Positions 48,073-56,566 of a DNA stretch of 64,000 bases are shown here, in pieces (position 1 is the first letter of the stretch; each line of letters starts with the position of its first letter). Source of the DNA: Candidatus Omnitrophota bacterium (lineage in GTDB: Bacteria; Omnitrophota; Gorgyraeia; Gygaellales; Profunditerraquicolaceae); assembly GCA_041662125.1 (NCBI GenBank), contig JBAZTA010000002.1, forward strand, positions 268,154 to 332,153, written 5' to 3'. The position numbers were made by a program, and so were the translations under genes. A model generated the notes under the pieces. It was not told where the DNA came from and made no database searches. It saw nothing but the letters and a program-made list of their open reading frames with translations.

Positions 48073-48127
48073 AGGCGGGAATGACAAAAACCCCCGCCTT
48101 TCATTCGGCCTTGGGGTTGAGGGTAAG

Positions 48128-48185
48128 ATTCCCAATCAGCCTCGGTGTGTTCTTTCACCGCGGTTTATTGGGAATTTTTGTTTTA
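48128..48185 (+). terminator. rho-independent terminator (putative riboswitch expression platform)
   Basis: A 9-bp stem attcccaat/attgggaat (48128..48136 with 48167..48175) enclosing an inner hairpin cggtg...caccg, followed by TTTTGTTTT. Confidence 0.6.
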
Positions 48186-48215
48186 TAGCTTTAAAATATG
48201 ATATAATACGTAGTC

Positions 48216-49433
48216 ATGATTAAGTTTCCTGTCCGTTTTCTATGGGGTGCTGCTACTTCTGCTTATCAGGTAGAAGGTGATAATGTTTTTGCTGATTGGT
48301 GGCATTGGGAAAAGTCCTCTGGGCAGAAGGAGGTTTCCGGTTCTGCTTCGCAGCATTACAGGTACTTTGAAGAGGATTTTAATTCTGCTAAACTGTTGCA
48401 TCATACCTGCCATCGTTTATCAATAGAGTGGAGCCGTGTTGAACCGTACGAAAATCAGTTTTCTGCAAAGGAGATCGCTCATTATATTGATGTGATAACT
48501 GCTTTGCGGGAAAGGAATATCCAGCCTATTGTTACTCTCCATCATTTTACCAATCCTGAATGGTTGAGCCGGTTAGGAGGATGGGAACATACATCCGCCC
48601 GGAATTATTTCTCCCGTTATGTAGAAAAAATAGTAGAGGCACTTTGTGATAAGGTCAGATACTGGATCCCGGTTAATGAGCCTATGGTATATGTATATCA
48701 CGCCTATGTCGCCGGGATTTGGCCTCCGCAGAAAAAATCGCTGCGGGTATCTCAAGCGGTGGCCGGGAATTTGCTGGACGCACACGACCAGGCGTATAAA
48801 CTCATCCATGAGATTTATCGAAAGAAAGATCTTCCCGCGCCTTTGGTCGGGACCGCTCACCATATGCAGGCTTTTGCTGCCTGCAGGCCGACGTTAAGAA
48901 ATAAATTGGGGGTTTATTTGCGCGATAGCCTCTTTAACCTTGGGTTTGTTAAGAAGTTATGCCGGATGAGATCTTTAGATTTTATCGGGGTTAATTATTA
49001 TACCAGGGGTTTGGTTGAAACCAGGGGATGGGGGATCCGTAATCTCTTGCTTGATTTTTGCCGGCAGCAGCATAGTCGTTTAGACAAAAATGACCTCGGC
49101 TGGGATATTTATCCTCAAGGTATCTATGAATCCCTTCTGAAACTCAGAAAATTCAAGCTCCCCGTTTTTATTACGGAGAACGGTATCTGTACCCACGATG
49201 ATGCCCAGCGTTGGGAGTTTATAGCAAGCCATCTTAAATGTGTTGCCGCGGCTATGGAAAAAGGCGTCGATGTCCAGGGGTATATTTATTGGTCGCTCTT
49301 GGATAATTATGAATGGGATAAGGGGTTTGGCCCGCGTTTCGGGCTTATTCATGTTGATTACCGTAGCGGCAAGCGCACCATCAGAGAAAGCGCGCGTAAA
49401 TTTGCAATGGTTTGTCAAACAGGTGAACTCTAA
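48216..49433 (+). CDS. GH1-family beta-glucosidase
   Basis: N-terminal FLWGAATSAYQVEGD, acid/base NEP, and nucleophile ITENG motifs. Confidence 0.9.
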   Translation: MIKFPVRFLWGAATSAYQVEGDNVFADWWHWEKSSGQKEVSGSASQHYRYFEEDFNSAKLLHHTCHRLSIEWSRVEPYENQFSAKEIAHYIDVITALRERNIQPIVTLHHFTNPEWLSRLGGWEHTSARNYFSRYVEKIVEALCDKVRYWIPVNEPMVYVYHAYVAGIWPPQKKSLRVSQAVAGNLLDAHDQAYKLIHEIYRKKDLPAPLVGTAHHMQAFAACRPTLRNKLGVYLRDSLFNLGFVKKLCRMRSLDFIGVNYYTRGLVETRGWGIRNLLLDFCRQQHSRLDKNDLGWDIYPQGIYESLLKLRKFKLPVFITENGICTHDDAQRWEFIASHLKCVAAAMEKGVDVQGYIYWSLLDNYEWDKGFGPRFGLIHVDYRSGKRTIRESARKFAMVCQTGEL

Positions 49434-49439
49434 CTTAAT

Positions 49440-51455
49440 ATGGAACTGGTAAACAAAAACTTGATCCTTAAAGAAATTCCTCTGTTTGAGGGTTTATCTC
49501 CGGAGGAGTTCAGCCTTATTGAAGAACGCAGCGACATTGTTGAATACAAAAAAGGCGAGGTAATCTATAGCCAAGGTTCTCCCCCGAGCGCTTTTTATTA
49601 TGTCATCCTGGGGAGAGTCATTATTTATACCAAAGATACCCCTCAAGCGACAACGGTGCTGGAGTATCTGCATCGCGGAAAATATTTCGGTATCATATCC
49701 CTTTTGACCGGCGATACTCACTCAGTAAGCGCCAAGGCTCACAACGACTGCCTTCTCTTAATCATTAAAGATGCCGATTTTAGTTTTACTCTTAAGAAAA
49801 TCCCTTCCATCGCGATTGATTTAAGCCGCAGTTTATCCCGCCGGCTTAAACGTAAGAGCCTGCATCAAAAGACTATCTTTGAGAGTACGATCATATCGGT
49901 TTTTAGTTTTTATCCGAAAGCGGGCAAAAGTGTTTACGCGTTAAATCTGGGCTTGAGTTTACATAAAGAAACGCATAAGTCCGTGATCATCCTAGAGATC
50001 AATACCGCCCACCAGCCGTGTAGTATTCCACGCCGTATGGGGATAGCAGATGACGGCTATCGGGTCTTCGATATGTCTGTTGCTTCTTTAGACAGCGCTT
50101 TATTGCGAGAGGTGATCATCAGGGATGTTTTCGGTATTGATCTGGTATGCCTGCGTTTTAAGCAAGATGACGAATTTTATTTGAAGAACCTGGTAAATAT
50201 GTTAAGTTTCTTTACCAATGATTATCATTATATTGTTTTAGATCTGCCTGCAAGCCTGGAAAAATCAATCGTGAGCACGTTAAACCAGTCAGATTTGATC
50301 CATATGGTAACCAGACTTCGCCTTTGGGACCTTAAAAGAAACCGGCGCTTGATTGAGCGTTTGGGGAAAGAGTCTCATTTTCAAGAGGAGAAAATAAAGA
50401 TCATTGTTAATGGCATTGTTCCTGCTCCTGTTTCAGAAGAAGAGCAGCAGGTGTTATTGCACCATGATATTTTTGCGACACTTCCTCTGGTAGATACCGG
50501 TATATCTGAGCGTCCGGTGTTGGATGAGCCTAACTGCGAATATAGCAAAGCCATCAGGCGGATTGCCCGGTATGAGGGTGATTGCCAGGTAGGATTGGTT
50601 CTGGGTGTCGGTGTCGCGTATGGTTTTTCCCATATCGGAGTCTTAAAAGTTATAGAAGAAGAACAAATCCCGATTGATATTATATGCGGCTCAAGTATGG
50701 GAGCGATCATCGCGACACTCTGGGCTATCGGGAATTCCAGCAGTTCAATCCTGCAGATCACCCGTGAGTTTAAAGAGCCTAAATATATCTGGGAGCTGGT
50801 TGATTTTACCTTTCCTTTCCTGGGATTCATTAAAGGCAATAAACTGTATAAATTCTTGAAGAAATATGTCGGTAATAAGACGTTTCATGATGTACGAGTC
50901 CCTTTGAAGATCGTGGCCAGTGAAATAAAGAGAAGAGAATCGAAAATCTTTGATAAGGGGCTTTTGATCGATGCGCTTATGGCGACCAGCGCTATGCCGG
51001 GAGTTTTCGCGCCGTTTCGTTTTCGGGAAGAGCTTTTATTAGATGGCGGGATAACTTCTCCGTTGCCGACAGAACCTTTGTTTGAGATGGGGGTTAAGAA
51101 GATCATCGCGGTCAATGTTACGCCTTCAAAAGAAGATATCCTGCGTCAGTATCAGCATATGGCGGCGTTGCGGGTAGATCCACTTGATCCGCAGGCGAAA
51201 AGAAAGTTTTTTAGCCTCAAGGAGTTCTTTAAGGAGAAATTCAAGACGAATATATTGGATATAATTTTTAGTAGTATTGAGATCATGCAGTCTGAGGTTG
51301 CCAAAACAGAAGGCCAGCTTGCTGACGTGGTATTGCATCCTGATATGAGCGGTTTACATTGGTTGGCGTTTGGGAAGTCGGAAATCTTTGCAGAGAGGGG
51401 AGAGCAAGAAGCCAGAAAGCATTTGGATAAGGTATGGCAGGTGATTAATGAGTAG
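49440..51455 (+). CDS. multidomain protein with a cyclic-nucleotide-binding domain, a degenerate ParA/MinD-like P-loop domain and a patatin-like phospholipase domain
   Basis: cNMP-binding beta-roll (FEGLSPEEF...GEVIYSQGSP...), deviant Walker A YPKAGKS with hhhhD (IVLDLP), and patatin GxGxxG (GVGVAYGF), GxSxG (CGSSMGA) and catalytic DGG. Confidence 0.8.
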   Translation: MELVNKNLILKEIPLFEGLSPEEFSLIEERSDIVEYKKGEVIYSQGSPPSAFYYVILGRVIIYTKDTPQATTVLEYLHRGKYFGIISLLTGDTHSVSAKAHNDCLLLIIKDADFSFTLKKIPSIAIDLSRSLSRRLKRKSLHQKTIFESTIISVFSFYPKAGKSVYALNLGLSLHKETHKSVIILEINTAHQPCSIPRRMGIADDGYRVFDMSVASLDSALLREVIIRDVFGIDLVCLRFKQDDEFYLKNLVNMLSFFTNDYHYIVLDLPASLEKSIVSTLNQSDLIHMVTRLRLWDLKRNRRLIERLGKESHFQEEKIKIIVNGIVPAPVSEEEQQVLLHHDIFATLPLVDTGISERPVLDEPNCEYSKAIRRIARYEGDCQVGLVLGVGVAYGFSHIGVLKVIEEEQIPIDIICGSSMGAIIATLWAIGNSSSSILQITREFKEPKYIWELVDFTFPFLGFIKGNKLYKFLKKYVGNKTFHDVRVPLKIVASEIKRRESKIFDKGLLIDALMATSAMPGVFAPFRFREELLLDGGITSPLPTEPLFEMGVKKIIAVNVTPSKEDILRQYQHMAALRVDPLDPQAKRKFFSLKEFFKEKFKTNILDIIFSSIEIMQSEVAKTEGQLADVVLHPDMSGLHWLAFGKSEIFAERGEQEARKHLDKVWQVINE

Positions 51456-51486
51456 TATAGTTTCATTTATAAAAACAGGGGGGAAC

Positions 51487-51909
51487 ATGAGGTGTTTTAG
51501 GCATTATTGCGCAGTCGTGGTTGTATTATTGGCTTTGGTATTAACGGGGTGTGCTTCTTTGTCGGAAGGGATGAAAGGTGTTGCAGGAGTATCGACGAAA
51601 GTCCTGGTGGATGGGCGAAAAGACGCTTTGGTTGAGAGTTTTGAGTATGATTATGCAACGTGTAATACTAAAGTTTTAGCTATTTTAGATGATCTGGAGG
51701 CTTATATTTATGCGAAAGATGCCTTTGACCATTTGATCGCGGTTTATGTTTCTGCAAAAGATACCACTCCCGTCGGGATATTCCTTAAGACCATTGACGC
51801 GAATAAAACCCAAGTTGAGGTGTCATCTCCGAGCACCTACGCGAAAGAATGGATGGCAAATAAAATATTCACGGCCTTGAAAGAGTCGTTGAAGAAACAA
51901 AAGAAGTAA
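51487..51909 (+). CDS. hypothetical lipoprotein
   Basis: Lipobox LTGC after the signal peptide. Confidence 0.5.
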   Translation: MRCFRHYCAVVVVLLALVLTGCASLSEGMKGVAGVSTKVLVDGRKDALVESFEYDYATCNTKVLAILDDLEAYIYAKDAFDHLIAVYVSAKDTTPVGIFLKTIDANKTQVEVSSPSTYAKEWMANKIFTALKESLKKQKK

Positions 51910-51921
51910 CCCTTAAACAGT

Positions 51922-52578
51922 ATGAAAAGAGATTCTCTGTATACCTTAACTGCTCTTCAGGCAAAAGCAATCGATGCCTATGCTCAAAAGAAGCTGGGGA
52001 TTTCTACGCTTGTTTTAATGGAAAATGCCGGCCAGGCGCTCGCCGCTGAGATCATGAAAACGTATCGTGGTGGTAAAGTCGCTGTTTTTTGCGGTAGAGG
52101 AAATAATGGCGGCGATGGGTTTGTGTGCGCTCGGCACTTGTTAGCTGCGGGGATCACGCCTAATGTGTTCTTGATAGGGAAGAAGGCGCAGGTGTCTGCA
52201 GAGGCGCGCCTGAATCTTGAAATCTTGCTTAACCTAAAGTTAAAAGTCTTCGAGATCACTCAAGAAAACCTGCCTTTATACAACAGCAAAATAAAACACT
52301 CTGATCTTATCGTCGATGCGTTATTGGGGGTTGGTTTATCCGGGGAAGTCCGGGGAGTGTATAGAGATGTGATAGGCCTGATCAATAAATCAAAAGGCTA
52401 TTGTTTATCTGTTGATATTCCTTCGGGTTTAGATGCTACTACGGGAAAAATTTTAGGATGCTGCATTAAGGCAGATAAGACCGTGACCTTTATCGCTTGC
52501 AAACGCGGGATGGTTATTGGCGAAGGCAAGCACTATTGCGGTAGGGTAGTGGTAAAGAATTTAGGGATCCCCGTATAG
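51922..52578 (+). CDS. NAD(P)H-hydrate epimerase (YjeF N-terminal domain)
   Basis: CGRGNNGGDGFV motif. Confidence 0.8.
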   Translation: MKRDSLYTLTALQAKAIDAYAQKKLGISTLVLMENAGQALAAEIMKTYRGGKVAVFCGRGNNGGDGFVCARHLLAAGITPNVFLIGKKAQVSAEARLNLEILLNLKLKVFEITQENLPLYNSKIKHSDLIVDALLGVGLSGEVRGVYRDVIGLINKSKGYCLSVDIPSGLDATTGKILGCCIKADKTVTFIACKRGMVIGEGKHYCGRVVVKNLGIPV

Positions 52579-52667
52579 ATTCGTTGAGCAGGAAAAACCC
52601 TTGAAAACAAATATAAAGATAGATATAATTTATTTAGTTGGATCATAACTTTAATTGCAGGAAGGCA

Positions 52668-54236
52668 ATGAAGCAAAAAAAGAAAAGAGATGCCTGGGGG
52701 TCGAGGTTAGGGATCATTATGGCAGTGGCAGGGTCTGCCATCGGCTTAGGTAATTTCTTGCGTTTTCCCGCGAAAGCCGCGTCTAACGGCGGGGGAGCGT
52801 TTATGATCCCTTATTTTGTATCTTTGTTCCTTCTAGGAATTCCGCTTATGTGGATCGAGTGGACGCTGGGGCGCTATGGGGGCGGTTTCGGGCATGGGAC
52901 TGCTCCGGGTATATTCCACAGTGTTTGGCAAAAGAACCGTTTTATTAAATATTTCGGGGTAATCGGTATATTCGGCCCGTTGATCATATTTATCTATTAT
53001 ACCTATATTGAATCCTGGACTTTGGCATATAGTGTTTTCGCATTAACGGGGAAATACCTTCATTTAACGGATCAGGCTTCCATGCGCAGTTTCTTAAGCG
53101 GATTCCAGGGGTTGGAGAAAAATCAATATTTTGGTGGATTCGGGTATGCGTATACGTTCTTTGTAATTACTTTTATTTTGAATATTTGGGTTATTTATTA
53201 TGGGATAAAAGGCGGGATAGAAAAACTGTGTAAATGGGCTTTGCCGCTTTTATTTGTTTTTGGGGCCATTCTTTTGGTCAGGGTTATAATGCTTGGCACG
53301 CCGGATGCGGCCAATCCTGCGTGGAATATTTCTAACGGATTCGGGTTCTTATGGAATCCTGATTTCTCCGCGTTAAAGTCAGCGAAAATCTGGCTTGAAG
53401 CAGCAGGCCAAATATTTTTTACCCTAAGCGTAGGGATCGGTGTTATCCTGACATACTCCAGTTATTTGTCAAAAGGTGATGATGTCGTGCTTTCCGGGCT
53501 TACCGCAGCCAGCACCAATGAATTGGCTGAAGTTATTTTAGGCGGCAGCATCATTATTCCGGCAGCTTTTGTGTTTTTTGGCCCTGTGGATATCCAATCG
53601 ATCGCCCGTTCAGGAGTATTTAACCTTGGGTTCGTGACCATGCCGCTTGTCCTGAATAAATTGCCTTGGGCTGCTGTATTTGGTTTTTTGTGGTTTTTTT
53701 TATTGTTTCTGGCAGGTATTACTTCTTCAGTTTCGCTTGCCCAGCCGGCAGTGGCATTCCTGGAAGATGAATTCGATATTACTAGAAAAAAAGCGGTTTC
53801 GATATTTTGCGTTGTGGCTTTTGTTTTGTGCCAACCGGCGATTTTCTTCTTAGGGAATGGCGTTGTCGATGAATTGGATTTCTGGGGCGGGACATTTTTC
53901 CTGGTATTATTTGCGACAATAGAAACGATACTTTTTGTCTGGGTGTTTGGTGCGGAAAAGGCCTGGGATGAGATCCATCGCGGCGCTGATTTGCGTGTGC
54001 CCCGGATCTATAAATTTATCATTAAATATATTACTCCTCTCTTTTTATTTTTTATATTAGGGATGTGGTTTTGGCAGGAGTGGCTGCCGATCATATTCAT
54101 GAAAAATGTTTCTGCGGCAAATCAACCGTATGTTTTAGCTACGCGGATCGGATTGCTTATTGTATTCTTTATTTTGGCGGTTTTGGTAAAAATTGCCTGG
54201 AAAAAAAAGAAAAAACAGATGGAGAGCCTGCGATGA
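52668..54236 (+). CDS. sodium-dependent transporter, SNF/NSS family
   Basis: WGSRLGIIMAVAGSAIGLGNFLRFP N-terminal signature and 11 to 12 TM segments. Confidence 0.9.
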   Translation: MKQKKKRDAWGSRLGIIMAVAGSAIGLGNFLRFPAKAASNGGGAFMIPYFVSLFLLGIPLMWIEWTLGRYGGGFGHGTAPGIFHSVWQKNRFIKYFGVIGIFGPLIIFIYYTYIESWTLAYSVFALTGKYLHLTDQASMRSFLSGFQGLEKNQYFGGFGYAYTFFVITFILNIWVIYYGIKGGIEKLCKWALPLLFVFGAILLVRVIMLGTPDAANPAWNISNGFGFLWNPDFSALKSAKIWLEAAGQIFFTLSVGIGVILTYSSYLSKGDDVVLSGLTAASTNELAEVILGGSIIIPAAFVFFGPVDIQSIARSGVFNLGFVTMPLVLNKLPWAAVFGFLWFFLLFLAGITSSVSLAQPAVAFLEDEFDITRKKAVSIFCVVAFVLCQPAIFFLGNGVVDELDFWGGTFFLVLFATIETILFVWVFGAEKAWDEIHRGADLRVPRIYKFIIKYITPLFLFFILGMWFWQEWLPIIFMKNVSAANQPYVLATRIGLLIVFFILAVLVKIAWKKKKKQMESLR

Positions 54237-54337
54237 AGATAGGGGGTTGGATATTCTTGGTTTTTTCCTGGGGGATAATTATTTGCTTGAGTATTATTTG
54301 TTTTATAAAGGTGTTTTCAAAAAAGGAGCTTAAATGA
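54233..54337 (+). CDS. candidate small single-TM protein (34 aa), translationally coupled to the NSS transporter
   Basis: MKIGGWIFLVFSWGIIICLSIICFIKVFSKKELK, with ATGA overlaps at both ends. Confidence 0.35.
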   Translation: MKIGGWIFLVFSWGIIICLSIICFIKVFSKKELK

Positions 54338-54720
54338 AGAAATTGGCTGTTTTTTGTGTCATGATCTCGTTCTTATTTATATCGATAACAGGATGCGCGC
54401 CGTTAATTGTCGGGGCAGTGGTTGGGGGTGTCGGCGGATATGCGATCAGTAAAGATACGATGCAAGGCGAAAGCGATACGCCGTATGATACTCTTTGGGC
54501 TGCGGCAGAGCGGATCAGCAAGATCAGGGGTAAGCTTAAGCGTGAAGATATGAACCGGGGAGTTATTGAATTAGAAGCAGATTCCAGCAGAGTTTCTATT
54601 ACGTTGGTCAGGTTGACGCGGGCGACAACGCGGCTGAAGGTATCGGCGCGTAAATATTATATGCCCAATCTCAAGCTTGCCCAGGATATTTTCATGAAGA
54701 TCATGGAAGAAACCAAATAA
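54334..54720 (+). CDS. hypothetical lipoprotein
   Basis: Lipobox ITGC after the signal peptide; AAAGGAG RBS. Confidence 0.55.
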   Translation: MKKLAVFCVMISFLFISITGCAPLIVGAVVGGVGGYAISKDTMQGESDTPYDTLWAAAERISKIRGKLKREDMNRGVIELEADSSRVSITLVRLTRATTRLKVSARKYYMPNLKLAQDIFMKIMEETK

Positions 54721-54841
54721 TTTAAAAAATTATTTCCCTTTTCTTTTTGCTAAATTTATGTAAAATATGTTATACTATTTCATCTGAACAATAAGATAGT
54801 GCGTTATTTTTAGGTTGGACCGTAGATTATAGAGGTTTATA

Positions 54842-54913
54842 GCCGAGGTAGCTCAGTGGTAGAGCGCGGCCCTGAAAAGGCCGGCGTGGGGGGTCCGATT
54901 CCCTCCCTCGGCA
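54842..54913 (+). tRNA. tRNA-Phe (anticodon GAA)
   Basis: Cloverleaf with acceptor gccgagg/cctcggc, D-arm gctc-agtggta-gagc, and anticodon loop cuGAAaa. The T-loop UCCGAUU is slightly non-canonical (C55). No encoded CCA. Confidence 0.75.
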
Positions 54914-54921
54914 CTTTGATT

Positions 54922-54956
54922 AAAACGGAAGAACGAGAGTTCTTCCGTTTTATTTT
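54922..54956 (+). terminator. rho-independent terminator after the tRNA
   Basis: A 10-bp perfect stem acggaagaac/gttcttccgt with a GAGA loop, followed by TTTTATTTT. Confidence 0.7.
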
Positions 54957-55033
54957 AACTGCCGAAGATGAAAATTTCCCTTTTCTTTTTTAAAGGTGTG
55001 TTATAATAAAATTCTGCGCATTATGGAGGGTAC

Positions 55034-55942
55034 ATGAGTGAAAAAGATGTGTCCCGCGAAGAAATATTAAACAATCCTCAATTTCTTGAATCAATTATTA
55101 ATAGTTTGCCTGGTATTGCCTATGTTATCAGTGCCCAGAGGAAGTTTTTCTGGGTTAATAAGAAATTTGTGGAAGTTTCGGGATATACTTTGCAGGAAAT
55201 AGTTACGATGAGCCCCCTTGATATTTTTCTCGGTGCAGAAAAGAATAAAGTGGAGGAAAAGATCAAACGGGTTTTTGAAGTAGGATTGGCTGATGTCGAA
55301 GCGGATATGTCCGCAAAAGACGGGAAAGTAACGCCGTATTATTTTACCGGGTTACGCACTGAAATAGGCGGTATGCTTTTTCTTGTGGGGATGGGCATTG
55401 ATATAAGCGAACGCAAGCAGAGGGAGGAGGAAAGTAAAAATTCTCAGAGATTATTACAGAGAATAATTGATCTTCTTCCGATAAGGGTATTCTGGAAAGA
55501 TAAAAACTTAAAGTATATTGGTTGCAACGAGATTTTTGCTAAAGATGCGGGTAAAAATAGTGCCGAAGACCTGATTGGCAAGGATGATTACCAGATGGGA
55601 TGGCATGAGCAGGCTAAAATTTATCAAGCCGATGACCAGGCGGTCATAAAGTCAGGAAAAGCAAAGCTAAACTTTGAAGAACCTCAAACTACCCCGGAAG
55701 GAGGCAAAATCTGGCTAAAAACAAGTAAAGTGCCTCTCATAGATTCGAAAGGGAATGAAATTGGAATTTTAGGAACTTATGAGGATATCACTAAGCGTAA
55801 ACAGGAAGAATCAGAGTTGCAGAAGAAGGTTAACGAATTGGAATCGTTCAATAAGATCACCGTAGAGCGTGAGCTCAGGATGATCGAGCTTAAGAAGAAA
55901 ATAGAAGAATTGGAAGCGCGGCTTAAAGAAAAGCACGTATAA
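55034..55942 (+). CDS. PAS-domain protein (two PAS folds and a C-terminal coiled coil, no enzymatic output)
   Basis: Two PAS S-box-like segments and a KQEESELQKKVNELE... coiled coil. Confidence 0.75.
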   Translation: MSEKDVSREEILNNPQFLESIINSLPGIAYVISAQRKFFWVNKKFVEVSGYTLQEIVTMSPLDIFLGAEKNKVEEKIKRVFEVGLADVEADMSAKDGKVTPYYFTGLRTEIGGMLFLVGMGIDISERKQREEESKNSQRLLQRIIDLLPIRVFWKDKNLKYIGCNEIFAKDAGKNSAEDLIGKDDYQMGWHEQAKIYQADDQAVIKSGKAKLNFEEPQTTPEGGKIWLKTSKVPLIDSKGNEIGILGTYEDITKRKQEESELQKKVNELESFNKITVERELRMIELKKKIEELEARLKEKHV

Positions 55943-55976
55943 TATTATATCGATACGTATAGTTTTCTAAAATAGA

Positions 55977-56011
55977 AAGCCGCTGGTTTTTTTAAAAAAA
56001 CCAGCGGCTTC
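55977..56011. terminator. bidirectional rho-independent terminator (perfect palindrome)
   Basis: agccgctggttttttt / aaaaaaaccagcggct, placed between the convergent PAS gene and cspA. Confidence 0.7.
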
Positions 56012-56032
56012 TTTATTACATTTGAAGGAAAG

Positions 56033-56233
56033 CTATAATTTAGTAACGTTTGTTGCCTGGTCGCCTTTAGGGCCCTGGGTTACTTCAAATTCGACTTCCT
56101 GGCCTTCCTCTAAAGTCTTATAACCATCACCTTTGATCGCGGTATGGTGTACGAAGATGTCTTTATCATCGTCACTTTTGATAAAACCATAACCTTTTTG
56201 ATTGCTGAACCACTTTACTTTGCCTCGTGCCAT
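56033..56233 (-). CDS. cspA: cold-shock protein (CspA family)
   Basis: MARGKVKWFSNQKGYGFI...DIFVHHTAI RNP motifs. GGAGG RBS upstream on the minus strand. The ORF-track 106-aa extension is 5'UTR. Confidence 0.9.
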   Translation of the reverse strand: MARGKVKWFSNQKGYGFIKSDDDKDIFVHHTAIKGDGYKTLEEGQEVEFEVTQGPKGDQATNVTKL

Positions 56234-56566
56234 ATCCTCCCCCTCACTGTTATCCACCAGAACGTTACTTCGATTCTGCGAAGCAAAATGAAGAACTCTT
56301 GGCAGAATGAACCGGCCTGTCTGAATGCGACGGATTCCGGTGTCCATAAACAAAAAAACCGTAAAGCTTTTTTCTGTCCTTCTGCTTTACGGTTCTACAA
56401 TAATCCTGGTCCAAAATCTTTGCACTCCTTGCATGTTATTTACAATTGAAACTATAACATGGCTATGAGCCTTGTCAATACTTTTTTTGTGTTTTCTTGA
56501 AGGGGGACCTATTTTAATTTGCAGTTGGTTTTATTTTTGTTATAATGATACGCAAAGGAGATCCTC

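Noticed and set aside
48073-48100. Hairpin aaggcggg...cccgcctt after the riboswitch-like aptamer as an independent terminator.
   Set aside because: No U-tract follows. It is more likely part of the expression-platform switching (an anti-terminator or P1-alternative helix), so only the downstream hairpin with a U-tract was called a terminator.
54842-54913. Considered calling the tRNA a pseudogene because the T-loop reads UCCGAUU rather than UUCGAUU.
   Set aside because: All four stems pair correctly, the D-arm and anticodon loop are canonical, and a promoter and terminator flank it. A single T-loop deviation is tolerable, so it was kept as tRNA-Phe with reduced confidence.
56144-56449. Plus-strand ORF (101 aa) and the 106-aa minus-strand extension around cspA.
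   Set aside because: The plus ORF is antisense to cspA and its 5'UTR. The minus-strand extension lacks an RBS, whereas the ATG at 56233 has GGAGG and yields a canonical 66-aa Csp.
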